From: an uncultured Thermodesulfobacteriota bacterium
GTDB lineage: Bacteria; Desulfobacterota; WTBG01; CAIYCZ01; CAIRTM01
Direction: 5' to 3'
Assembly (NCBI GenBank): GCA_964518865.1
Contig: CAZFIB010000010.1
Span: forward strand, 153 to 64,152
Length of the DNA stretch: 64,000 nt
A model generated the notes under the pieces. The model worked only from the letters and a program-made list of their open reading frames with translations, was not told the origin of the DNA and ran no database searches. Position numbers and translations under genes: made by a program. Positions 19,147 through 28,408 of this stretch are shown in pieces (position 1 is the stretch's first letter; every line of letters begins with the position of its first letter).

Positions 19147-19175
19147 ATGATAGTAAAAAAAACTTTTTCTGTCAA
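19147..19175 (-). promoter_or_regulatory. candidate sigma70-type promoter for the cytochrome/redox operon
   Basis: On the minus strand, TTGACA (19175-19170), 17-nt spacer, TATCAT (19152-19147). About 125 nt upstream of the ATG at 19022. Confidence 0.35.
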
Positions 19176-19190
19176 ATAGTTAATCGAAAA

Positions 19191-20702
19191 TCAAGAAAGA
19201 TGCTCAGATGGATTTTTTGATTTTTGAAGGATGACCCAGCCGATCAGTAACCAGAAACAAAGAAGGGGTATAAGGCTGGCGATATGGTGGGGAAACAGGA
19301 CCTCGCCGAGGTTGAAGGAATTGAAATTTTCAGTCCAGTATCTGATATCGGCAAGTTTGTAAATATCGGGGTATGCAGCGAAATTTGAAAACGGTACCGG
19401 GTTGATAGACACCGCTCCCTTGATAATGCTTTTATAGACAACAGTATAGAGCGGATTGTGCACGCTTACGGGTATTTCATTTGTTACAGCGGTTATGGCA
19501 AGATTGATACCGGCAGACATGCAACCGAGCAGAACATATGCCCGCGGGGCCTGCTGCAGGACATAGATGCCCAGCATAAACAAAAAAGGGTATGCAGGCA
19601 AAAGGTACCTCGGTCCTGCTGCCGAACCGCCGTGCCAGGCAAAAAAGCATGCAATGAAAACAATAAAAATTACGGTAATACCGGAAAACAACCAGAACTC
19701 TCTGCGCCACTGTTTTTTCATGAAGAGAATGACGGCTCCGGGAATGGATGCCAGCAGAAGTGGTGACGAGAAAAAAAGACCGCGATGCGGCAGCACTAAG
19801 AGCTGCAGGAAACGCCGCGGGTGGGGTATGCCGAAAAGGCGACCGTTCATGCGCCACATGACCTCGTCATTTGCGTATTGATAGCTGGATGCCAGCGGGC
19901 TGTCGAAGCAGACGTAGTTATACCAGAGCTGAACTGCTCCCAGCGGTACGCATCCGGCAATGAAAAGAAGGGCGGATTTCCGACCCTCCCGAAAGCTCAG
20001 CAGGTACAGAAAAATACAGGCAAGCGACCATACGGTGGACGGCTCGATCAAAACAGCGGTTGCGGCGCAGAAGCCCGAGAAAAACGCCGGCACCCCTGCG
20101 CTGGACCTGTTTTTTATCCTGACCGCAGCTGCGAGCACAAAAGCAAGAAAGGAAAAAAAAGCTGCAGGCTGATGGCAGTAAAATGTTGTGCTGTAGGAAA
20201 AGGCCAGTGTGCCGAATCCGTAGCATACGGCGAGAATGACGGCATGCAGCCGTGAAAATGAAAACATTCGTTCGGCACATGCAGCTATAAGCACACACAG
20301 CAGTGCGGAAAAGAGTGCTGTGGTCAAAAGGCTGCCGGCATATGCGGCGATATGTACCTGTGCTTCAGTATTATGCGGAATAATATATTTCAAAAGATAC
20401 TCTGTAAGGGCAAACGGCAGGGCCGCAATGAATGAAAGGCCGGGTGATTTGTTTGAATAGTACTGGCCGTCATAATATGCCCAGTCACCGGTTATGACAA
20501 AGGGATATACCGGTTTGTTGGAATCTTCCCTGTAGTGATCAATAGAAAATGACTGCTGATGGATAATGGCGCGTGTGAGACAGATGCGGGTATTCTGGTT
20601 CCAGCCGCCACCCTGAAAAAAATAACCGTAGGTGATAAAAAACAGAAAAAAAAGCAGGCTGTAAAACTGTTTTGACCGGGCATCCATTCTTGTTACCTGC
20701 AT
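19191..20702 (-). CDS. polytopic membrane protein, possibly a GT-C-fold glycosyltransferase
   Basis: 503 aa with more than 10 hydrophobic helices. The first loop has GGGWNQNTRICLTRAI...TGDWAYYDGQYYSNKSPG. The assignment rests on topology and context only. Confidence 0.6.
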   Translation of the reverse strand: MQVTRMDARSKQFYSLLFFLFFITYGYFFQGGGWNQNTRICLTRAIIHQQSFSIDHYREDSNKPVYPFVITGDWAYYDGQYYSNKSPGLSFIAALPFALTEYLLKYIIPHNTEAQVHIAAYAGSLLTTALFSALLCVLIAACAERMFSFSRLHAVILAVCYGFGTLAFSYSTTFYCHQPAAFFSFLAFVLAAAVRIKNRSSAGVPAFFSGFCAATAVLIEPSTVWSLACIFLYLLSFREGRKSALLFIAGCVPLGAVQLWYNYVCFDSPLASSYQYANDEVMWRMNGRLFGIPHPRRFLQLLVLPHRGLFFSSPLLLASIPGAVILFMKKQWRREFWLFSGITVIFIVFIACFFAWHGGSAAGPRYLLPAYPFLFMLGIYVLQQAPRAYVLLGCMSAGINLAITAVTNEIPVSVHNPLYTVVYKSIIKGAVSINPVPFSNFAAYPDIYKLADIRYWTENFNSFNLGEVLFPHHIASLIPLLCFWLLIGWVILQKSKNPSEHLS

Positions 20703-20805
20703 TAGCCGTGCACGGGCGCAATGTGCCGGCTGTGAAACGTTGATGCATAGTGTTTACGCCCAGATGCCTGCCTGCGGTTATGATATATGAACCCGGCTGT
20801 AAACA

Positions 20806-22290
20806 TCACGGCATGCGGTAGATATATGTTGGAAATTCTGTATTATAGCTTTTAACTTTCGTGAAATTGCGTTGTACATAGCTGTATATTTTTTCGTGTG
20901 CGGGCGGCTCGGTATACAGCGATATATCCTCATGCGGCGGACGCAGCATGGGCAACCAGGCCGTCACCAGGCACCAGGACTCGTCTGCCCGGTCGATTGC
21001 AGCAATGAACTCCTCAAACGTAGCAGGTATTTTGACCGGTACCGAAGCGTAATACTCAAAATGATGCCCAGCCCATCCCAGGGAAAAGACATATGATTTT
21101 TTACGAGCAGATTTTTTCTGTTCGACATATCGGACGGCTTCGCGGTAATTCTGTCTGTCGCACGAGATGGTTTTTCTGATAAAAGGAGCCTGAAGCATGC
21201 CGATCAGCAGCAGAAGCAGCACAAGAGTGCCGATCCGCAGAACGGATATTTTCGGCAGCGTTTCTATAAGACCCTGCATGCCGCTGCTGACCGCCAGGAG
21301 AAAAAACGGCAGCGTAAAAATGAAGTACCGCTCAAAAACAAACATGGGGTTGATCAGCAGGTACATTGTATAGGGTACAAACATAATGATAATGAAATAA
21401 AGGCCGGCAAAAACAGGTTTTTCCGGGCCCCTGTGCATAAATATGCGCCACAGTCCTGCAATCACCAGAAATCCGTATAGTATCAATCCGAAACCAGAAA
21501 GGATGCCCGGCATAAGGGCGCTGGCTGTCTCAAACAAAAACGGTATGCGGTCAACATCGACAGTTCTGACTTTTGCCAGGCTTGTAAAAACATTATCCAG
21601 CATCGGGGCGTAGGCAAGAAGCGTGCACAGCGCGGCAGCAGTGAGCGTCCAGGCATACTGCCTGCATACGCGAAACGACACGGCATCCGGCATCGTTTTG
21701 CGGGAAGCGATGCAATATATCGAAATTATATAGATAGTCTGGCTCAGGGAAACTCCTGCCATAAATACATGTGTGTAAAAACCAAGGAAGGTGAAAAGAC
21801 CGAACAGGAACCAGTCGAGACGTTTTTCAGACCGCAGACTGCGCAGAAAGTATATCGATGAAAGCATAGCGAACAGCATCAGCCCGGTATAGCCCCGCGC
21901 TTCGGTGCTGTGATCGATATGAAATGATGATATCGCCAGCAGGCAACATGCGATACACGAGGTTGCCGTATCGGTCAGGCGTTTTCCGAGAAAAAACAGA
22001 ACCGGTATTCCCGCAAGTCCAAAAAGCAGGGACGGCAGCCGCGCGGTCAGTTCGCTTTCTCCGAGCACATGTATGGAAATCATACAGAGAAGAGAATATA
22101 AAACATGGTTGTTGAAATAAAAGCCGAGTGTGCTGATAACCTCCCATACACTGTCTGTCCGTGCATAGCGCATCGTGCTCCAGATTTCATCCCACCAGAA
22201 GCCCTGCTGAATATTCCATAGACGCAAAACCGCACCAAGCACAACCGCACCGGCGAGGAAGATCGCATAAGAATTGCTTTTATTGTGCAT
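20806..22290 (-). CDS. GT-C glycosyltransferase, family 39/83-like (ArnT/PMT_2 type)
   Basis: N-terminal LRLWNIQQGFWWDEIWS (DE motif in the first periplasmic loop) and ARLPSLLFGLAGIPVLFFLGKRL, typical of ArnT/PMT-like enzymes. Many TM helices. Confidence 0.8.
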   Translation of the reverse strand: MHNKSNSYAIFLAGAVVLGAVLRLWNIQQGFWWDEIWSTMRYARTDSVWEVISTLGFYFNNHVLYSLLCMISIHVLGESELTARLPSLLFGLAGIPVLFFLGKRLTDTATSCIACCLLAISSFHIDHSTEARGYTGLMLFAMLSSIYFLRSLRSEKRLDWFLFGLFTFLGFYTHVFMAGVSLSQTIYIISIYCIASRKTMPDAVSFRVCRQYAWTLTAAALCTLLAYAPMLDNVFTSLAKVRTVDVDRIPFLFETASALMPGILSGFGLILYGFLVIAGLWRIFMHRGPEKPVFAGLYFIIIMFVPYTMYLLINPMFVFERYFIFTLPFFLLAVSSGMQGLIETLPKISVLRIGTLVLLLLLIGMLQAPFIRKTISCDRQNYREAVRYVEQKKSARKKSYVFSLGWAGHHFEYYASVPVKIPATFEEFIAAIDRADESWCLVTAWLPMLRPPHEDISLYTEPPAHEKIYSYVQRNFTKVKSYNTEFPTYIYRMP

Positions 22291-22432
22291 TATTTAATCA
22301 AAAATATAGTTAAATAAATCTACTTGAAAGATATTCAATAATACTTGCAATATTTTTTTTTATCTCTATTGTAATAATAATTATCTCACGCGTGTTTCCG
22401 TTATATATTCTTTCGTCCGATTATTAAAAGAT

Positions 22433-23191
22433 ATGAACAAATCTTCTCAATGCCCTTATTTAAGCGTTATCATACCAGTCTATAATGAGGAGCAAAGAAT
22501 ACGATCGTTTCTTGAAAGCGTTGTATCATATCTTCTTGAAAAGGAATATTCCTATGAAGTGATTATTGTCGATGACGGAAGTCGTGATGCAACCGTTACA
22601 ATAACAGACCGCTCTCTGAGAGAAACAATACCCGATAACTATGAAATTATACAACTGCCACGCAACCGGGGCAAGGGCGGGGCCCTGCGCGAGGGCATGC
22701 AGCACGCACGCGGGGACTATGTTTTTTTTCTTGATGCAGACGGCTCGACCGCAATCAATGAAATCGATGTATTTATCCCCTACCTATCAGATGACCATGA
22801 TATTTATATAGCCGTAAGAACAAAGAAACACAGTGCTCCTTTCAAAAGGAAGTTTTTCGGCTACGGTTATATTTATCTGGCCAATATGATTCTCGGCACA
22901 GATGTGAAAGATTTCACCTGCGGGTTTAAGTGTTACACTCGTCATGCCGCCCGCGAGGTTTTTTCACGACAGACCCTCGATAACTGGAGTTTTGACGCCG
23001 AGAACCTGTTCGTTGCGCATAAACTCGGCTTTTCCGTAAAAGAAATTCCCGTGTTCTGGCGGCATGTCGGAGGTTCAAAAGTAAAAGTATTTAAAAATAT
23101 CATTATTTGCGCGATAGACCTTTTCCGCATCAAAATAAACAGCAGCAAAGGCATCTACAGAACAGGCAGGCCGGCACGGTCCCGACACTGA
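22433..23191 (+). CDS. GT2 polyprenyl-phosphate glycosyltransferase (ArnC / Dpm1 / Alg5-like)
   Basis: SVIIPVYNEE, VDDGSRD and FLDADG motifs. Confidence 0.9.
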   Translation: MNKSSQCPYLSVIIPVYNEEQRIRSFLESVVSYLLEKEYSYEVIIVDDGSRDATVTITDRSLRETIPDNYEIIQLPRNRGKGGALREGMQHARGDYVFFLDADGSTAINEIDVFIPYLSDDHDIYIAVRTKKHSAPFKRKFFGYGYIYLANMILGTDVKDFTCGFKCYTRHAAREVFSRQTLDNWSFDAENLFVAHKLGFSVKEIPVFWRHVGGSKVKVFKNIIICAIDLFRIKINSSKGIYRTGRPARSRH

Positions 23192-23329
23192 GGGCTGCCG
23201 CAGAATGATCCCCGCAAGCACACTGAGTGCCCGTCTTTCACGAGTATCTTCCCCGGGATTTATCAGTTGATATCATTATATGATTACACTATACTGATAA
23301 AATTTAACTATTCAGGGATAAGGTTACAA

Positions 23330-24622
23330 ATGCATTTTCCAGCATTAATCAACAAGTTTTACCGTAGCGCTTTTATCGCTGTTGCCCTTGTTTTCTGTCA
23401 CAGCGGACAGCTTTATGCGGCTCAACCGCATCGTGACCTGCCGTTCAAGGTAAAGGCGTCTGCCGCCGTATTGATGAACGTCAAATCCGGACAGGTACTG
23501 TGTTCGCAAAACCCCGACAGCCTGCTGGCACCTGCAAGCCTGACAAAAATCATGACGCTGTATCTGGCCTATGATGCTGTCGATAACGGTTACGTCGTTC
23601 TCGATGACAAGGTCACCATCAGCGAAAAATCGTGGAAAACAGGCGGTTCGAAAATGTTTTTAGAGGTAAATACAAAAGTACCGCTTGAGCTGCTTCTGCA
23701 GGGCATTGCGGTTGTTTCTGCGAATGATGCCTGTGTCGCTGTGGCTGAATACCTTGCCGGGGTGGAAGAGGTTTTTGTGGAGAAGATGAACAGCAGGGCA
23801 GTGGAGCTGGGACTTACGCATACTTCTTTCAAAAACAGTCACGGGCTGCCGCACGACGGTCAGAAAACCACAGCGCATGACATAGCGCTGCTTGCCTATA
23901 ATTATTTGATGCACCATCCTGAGGCACTCAGAATCCACAGCATCAAGGAGATGACCTTCAACAATATAACGCAGCGTAATCGAAATGGTCTGCTCTGGCT
24001 GAACAACGGCGTGGATGGTTTGAAAACGGGCTGGTTTTCGAGTGCCGGTTTTCATATCGTCGCAACGGCCGCACGTGAAAATGACCGTTTTATTGCCGTA
24101 GTCATGGGGGCGAAATCCGAACGTCAGCGCGAAAATATTGCCATGCAGCTTCTGAATTACGGTTTTCGCAACTTCACTACACAGCAGATAATAGAAAACG
24201 GAGAGGCCGTGGCGAGCGTGTCCGTCTGGAAGGGCCGCAGCGGGTCAGTGCCGATAGGTACCGACGGTCCTGTATTTGTTACTGTTCCACGGGAGTCATC
24301 GAAAGCCATTATTGTTGAAAAAGAATTTGAAAAGTCGTTGTTCGCTCCGCTTGAGCAGGGACAGCGGACAGGCATACTTCGTATTAAGGTCAACGGCAGA
24401 ACCGTTAAGACAAAAGATCTTGTGGCTCTCGAGACAGTCGGGCGAGCAGGCCCGTTTAAGAGAATGTCTCACGGTATTGTGTTGTTGTTTATTTTTCCTC
24501 CATATTGGGGTGTGTTTGCTGTGCTGGCAGTCGTGGTTGTTGCTGTGCTGTGCAGATTTTTTATTTCTCGATCGAAAAAAAACAACAGCGATATTTCCGG
24601 CTTCGGAACAATGGGTGAATAG
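23330..24622 (+). CDS. D-alanyl-D-alanine carboxypeptidase (PBP5/6 class) with C-terminal membrane anchor
   Basis: SLTK (SxxK), SAND (SxN) and KTG motifs. Signal peptide. Start re-picked to ATG 23330 (MHFPALINKF), behind AGGGATAAGG. Confidence 0.85.
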   Translation: MHFPALINKFYRSAFIAVALVFCHSGQLYAAQPHRDLPFKVKASAAVLMNVKSGQVLCSQNPDSLLAPASLTKIMTLYLAYDAVDNGYVVLDDKVTISEKSWKTGGSKMFLEVNTKVPLELLLQGIAVVSANDACVAVAEYLAGVEEVFVEKMNSRAVELGLTHTSFKNSHGLPHDGQKTTAHDIALLAYNYLMHHPEALRIHSIKEMTFNNITQRNRNGLLWLNNGVDGLKTGWFSSAGFHIVATAARENDRFIAVVMGAKSERQRENIAMQLLNYGFRNFTTQQIIENGEAVASVSVWKGRSGSVPIGTDGPVFVTVPRESSKAIIVEKEFEKSLFAPLEQGQRTGILRIKVNGRTVKTKDLVALETVGRAGPFKRMSHGIVLLFIFPPYWGVFAVLAVVVVAVLCRFFISRSKKNNSDISGFGTMGE

Positions 24623-24643
24623 AGCACGCAGTATGGATGAGCC

Positions 24644-25375
24644 ATGAAAATAAGTGCTGTAATCCCGGCCCGCTATGCATCTTCCCGTTTCCCGGGAAAA
24701 CCGCTTGCTGCAATAAACGGAAGGCCCATGATTCAGCATGTGTATGAAAAAGCTCAGCAGTGCGGCCCGATCGACCGCGTAGTAGTGGCTACCGACGATG
24801 AGAGAATTATTCGGGCAGTTGAGGCATTCGGCGGTCACGCCGTTATGACCGACGGCGGGCATCAAACGGGTACCGACAGGATTGCAGAAGCCGCAAGGAA
24901 TATCGATGCAGATATACTCGTCAATGTCCAGGGCGATGAACCTCTTGTGCCCCCGGCTGCCATAGCGGATGCTGTGCAGCCGCTTATTGAGGACAGCTCG
25001 ATCCCTCTCGGGACCCTGAAAACAGCGATCCTCGATACGGACGATGTTCACAATCCCCACATAGTAAAAGTGGTGACCGATGACAAAGGCTTTGCACTGT
25101 ATTTTTCACGCTCAGCCATTCCCTGGTGCAATCCGCATCAAGGAAGCCCGATGCGCCGGTACCGCCATATCGGTATATATGCATTTCAGCGCGACTTTCT
25201 GTATGCATTCACTGCACTAGAGAGGTCGAGCCTGGAAATTTTAGAACAGCTTGAACAACTGCGTGCTCTTGAACACGGGTGGCCTATACGGGTAGTAGAG
25301 ACATCATATTATCCTGTCGGCGTGGATGTGCCGGAAGATATCCAGCGGGTCGAAAAAATTCTTGCAGGAATGTGA
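24644..25375 (+). CDS. kdsB: 3-deoxy-manno-octulosonate cytidylyltransferase
   Basis: MKISAVIPARYASSRFPGKPL... and NVQGDEP motifs. Confidence 0.9.
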   Translation: MKISAVIPARYASSRFPGKPLAAINGRPMIQHVYEKAQQCGPIDRVVVATDDERIIRAVEAFGGHAVMTDGGHQTGTDRIAEAARNIDADILVNVQGDEPLVPPAAIADAVQPLIEDSSIPLGTLKTAILDTDDVHNPHIVKVVTDDKGFALYFSRSAIPWCNPHQGSPMRRYRHIGIYAFQRDFLYAFTALERSSLEILEQLEQLRALEHGWPIRVVETSYYPVGVDVPEDIQRVEKILAGM

Positions 25376-25424
25376 TGCATGCGGAGCGTTTCGTTTTTTG
25401 CAGCAAGGGAATTAATATAGCGAT

Positions 25425-26267
25425 ATGGAAACGCGCAGAAAAAAAACAGTCACTGCCGGTGACATCGTGCTGGGCAGCGGCAACCCGCTGGTTCTTATAG
25501 CGGGTCCGTGCGTCATAGTAGAGGATATTCAGACCCGCACCCTGGCGGCGCGTTTGCAGGAAATCGCCGCGAAAATCGGAATGCCGCTCATATTTAAAGC
25601 CTCGTATGACAAGGCAAACAGAACATCGCTGCATTCTTTTCGCGGTCCGGGTATCGATCAGGGGCTGCGTATTCTCGACCGTATCAAATCCGAACTGCAC
25701 CTGCCGGTTCTGTCCGATATCCATCGATTTGAAGAAATAAAGCCGGCGGCACAGGTTCTGGATGTGCTGCAGGTCCCGGCGTTTTTGTGCCGGCAGACGG
25801 ATTTCGTTGTCGACGTTGCACGGGCCGCGTCGGCTGTAAATATAAAAAAAGGTCAGTTCCTCTCACCCAATGATATGATGCCGGTGATAGAAAAAATACA
25901 GCATGCCGGTAATGAGAACGTTCTTGTAACAGAACGAGGCGCTTCATTCGGCTACAACAACCTTGTGGCCGATATGCGCTCGCTTGTTATTTTGCGAAAA
26001 ACGGGATATCCGGTTGTATTTGATGCAACGCACAGCGTGCAGCTTCCCGGCGGTCACGGCACATCGTCCGGTGGCGAGCGTGAGTTTGTCGAACCGCTTG
26101 CACGTGCTGCTGTGGCGGTAGGCATTGATGCGCTGTTTCTCGAAGTGTATGAAAATCCCGATGATGCACCCTGCGACGGCCCGAATGCCGTTCGACTTTC
26201 GGAACTGCCGGGACTGCTCCGCAGAATTCGGGCTCTCGAAGCAGCCATCAGCGAACAGTCCGGCTGA
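25425..26267 (+). CDS. kdsA: 3-deoxy-8-phosphooctulonate synthase
   Basis: IAGPCVIE-type start, FKASYDKANRTS, QVPAFLCRQTD and DATHSVQLPGG motifs. Confidence 0.92.
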   Translation: METRRKKTVTAGDIVLGSGNPLVLIAGPCVIVEDIQTRTLAARLQEIAAKIGMPLIFKASYDKANRTSLHSFRGPGIDQGLRILDRIKSELHLPVLSDIHRFEEIKPAAQVLDVLQVPAFLCRQTDFVVDVARAASAVNIKKGQFLSPNDMMPVIEKIQHAGNENVLVTERGASFGYNNLVADMRSLVILRKTGYPVVFDATHSVQLPGGHGTSSGGEREFVEPLARAAVAVGIDALFLEVYENPDDAPCDGPNAVRLSELPGLLRRIRALEAAISEQSG

Positions 26268-26324
26268 GCACAGATATCATACAGGAGAAAACACGATGAA
26301 GCTGTTTGAGGTGTTGATAAAAAA

Positions 26325-27287
26325 ATGATTATTGAACGGGCCCGCAGAATATTCGAAATCGAGGGGGAGGCGATACTCAGCCTGCGCGATCGGCTGACGG
26401 AGGACTTTATCCAGGCGGTAAACATTATCCTTGCGTGCAGCGGCAAGGTTATCGTTACCGGTATCGGGAAGTCCGGGCTTGTCTCTCAGAAAATCGCATC
26501 AACGTTCTCCTGCACGGGAACGCCGGCTTTTTTTCTGCATCCGGCAGAGGGACTTCACGGAGATATCGGCATGATCTCCAAGGAGGATATTGTTATTGCG
26601 GTATCCAACAGCGGGGAGACGGACGAACTGCTTAAGATACTGCCGATCATTAAACGACTCAATCTGAAGATGATCGTGATGACCGGCAGGACGGATTCCG
26701 TGCTTGCGAAAAACGGTGACATTGTACTTGACGTCGGTGTAAAGGAGGAGGCCTGCCGTCTCGGTCTTGTTCCTACGTCCAGTACAACCGCAGCAATGGC
26801 CATGGGTGATGCTTTGGCTATCACGGTTCTTGAAAGGCGGGGTTTTTGTGAGGAGGACTTTGCCGTGCTTCATCCCGGCGGTGCGCTGGGGAAGAAGCTG
26901 CTTTTATGTGTTGAAGACATTATGCACGTAAAAGATGCCGTACCGCTTGTTCAGGAGGATGACCCGGTAAAAACGGCTCTGATAGAAATGACCACAAAAC
27001 GGCTTGGCGTTACCGGTGTGTGCAGTCGTGACGGAACCCTGATCGGAGTTATCACCGACGGTGATCTGCGCCGCGGACTGGAGGCCGGCGGGGATTTGCT
27101 CGCCAAGTGCGCGCGTGATATCATGACGACGTCGCCGAAAACAATAGATAGAAAATCCCTTGCAGCAAAAGCGCTGCAGCTCATGGAGAAGCATTCGATC
27201 ACGTCACTGTTCGTGCAGTCGAATGGCAAACATATGGTCGAAGGAATTGTCCATCTGCATGACATTCTCAAGGCGGGAATTGCATGA
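26325..27287 (+). CDS. kdsD: arabinose-5-phosphate isomerase (SIS plus tandem CBS)
   Basis: GKVIVTGIGKSG and VSNSGET SIS motifs, C-terminal CBS pair. Lies in the kds cluster. Confidence 0.9.
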   Translation: MIIERARRIFEIEGEAILSLRDRLTEDFIQAVNIILACSGKVIVTGIGKSGLVSQKIASTFSCTGTPAFFLHPAEGLHGDIGMISKEDIVIAVSNSGETDELLKILPIIKRLNLKMIVMTGRTDSVLAKNGDIVLDVGVKEEACRLGLVPTSSTTAAMAMGDALAITVLERRGFCEEDFAVLHPGGALGKKLLLCVEDIMHVKDAVPLVQEDDPVKTALIEMTTKRLGVTGVCSRDGTLIGVITDGDLRRGLEAGGDLLAKCARDIMTTSPKTIDRKSLAAKALQLMEKHSITSLFVQSNGKHMVEGIVHLHDILKAGIA

Positions 27288-27832
27288 CGGCGCCCGTGAA
27301 GCAATCTGCAGATATCAGTGAAGAGGCGAGCACGGTTAGGCTTCTGCTTCTTGATGTCGACGGTGTTATGACGGACGGATCGATTGTGTATGCCGATACG
27401 GGCGATGAGCTGAAAAGTTTCAACGCCCGCGACGGCCATGGCATAAAACTTCTAATGCGTGCAGGAATTGACGTTGCTATTGTAACCGGAAGGAGCTCCC
27501 GGGCCGTACAGATCAGGGCAGACGATCTTGGTATCGGGACGGTTTACCAGAAGGCGCTCAGGAAAATCGAGGCGTATGAGGATATACTGCAAACCAAAAA
27601 GCTTGATGACAAACAAATTTGTGCTGTGGGTGACGATCTGCCTGATCTCCCGATACTGAAACGCTGCGGGCTGTCCGTTGCAGTGCCGGATGCGGTGCCG
27701 GAGGTTCTCGCCGCAGCAGATATGGTCACCCGCTGCAGCGGCGGCAAGGGCGCAGTGAGAGAAGTGTGTGATTTTCTCCTCAAGGCAAGCGGCCGCTGGC
27801 ACTCGGTGACCGCGCGCTACTTTGAAGGCTGA
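27284..27832 (+). CDS. kdsC: KDO 8-phosphate phosphatase (HAD)
   Basis: LLLLDVDGVMTDG, GDDLPD. ATGA overlap with kdsD. Confidence 0.88.
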   Translation: MTAPVKQSADISEEASTVRLLLLDVDGVMTDGSIVYADTGDELKSFNARDGHGIKLLMRAGIDVAIVTGRSSRAVQIRADDLGIGTVYQKALRKIEAYEDILQTKKLDDKQICAVGDDLPDLPILKRCGLSVAVPDAVPEVLAAADMVTRCSGGKGAVREVCDFLLKASGRWHSVTARYFEG

Positions 27833-27841
27833 AAAGCGGTT

Positions 27842-28408
27842 ATGAAACGCATCGAAAGAATAAGGCTCTTGCTTCTTGTCGTGGCGATCTGTATTATTGT
27901 AGCTGCTCTGGGAGCCGCATTGCGTGACGACAGGAAAAAGATTTTCATACAGGAGGACACCGGTCCGTCAGAGGCCGGCAGCCCGACGGTCGAAATCCAA
28001 AACTTTTCATACACGTCACGCAATGATGACAATTTCAAGGAGTGGGAAATCCACGCCGACACGGCAAGACATTTCAGACAGGAGCAGCTTGTTGAAATGG
28101 TAAATCTGAATGTGGTTTTTTTCAGAAAAAACGGATCGCTGTATCGGCTGACGGGCAGCCGCGGCAGGTTGGAAACAGACAGTCGCAATATTATGATTAC
28201 CGACGGCGCTGTAGCCACGCTTCCCGACAACACGACGATTCGCACGGAATCATTTGTGTATAATCATGAAAACAATTCTATTAAAACAGACGATCCGATT
28301 CAGATCAGGCGGGGAGGCTTTTCGGTCGACGGAGTCGGCATGCGGGTGGATCTTTCGGCACAAACTTTATCCATACTCAATAAAGTAAATGCAACGGGGG
28401 TTCAATGA
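27842..28408 (+). CDS. lptC: LPS export system protein LptC
   Basis: N-terminal TM anchor plus a beta-rich periplasmic domain. Position between kdsC and lptA. Confidence 0.7.
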   Translation: MKRIERIRLLLLVVAICIIVAALGAALRDDRKKIFIQEDTGPSEAGSPTVEIQNFSYTSRNDDNFKEWEIHADTARHFRQEQLVEMVNLNVVFFRKNGSLYRLTGSRGRLETDSRNIMITDGAVATLPDNTTIRTESFVYNHENNSIKTDDPIQIRRGGFSVDGVGMRVDLSAQTLSILNKVNATGVQ

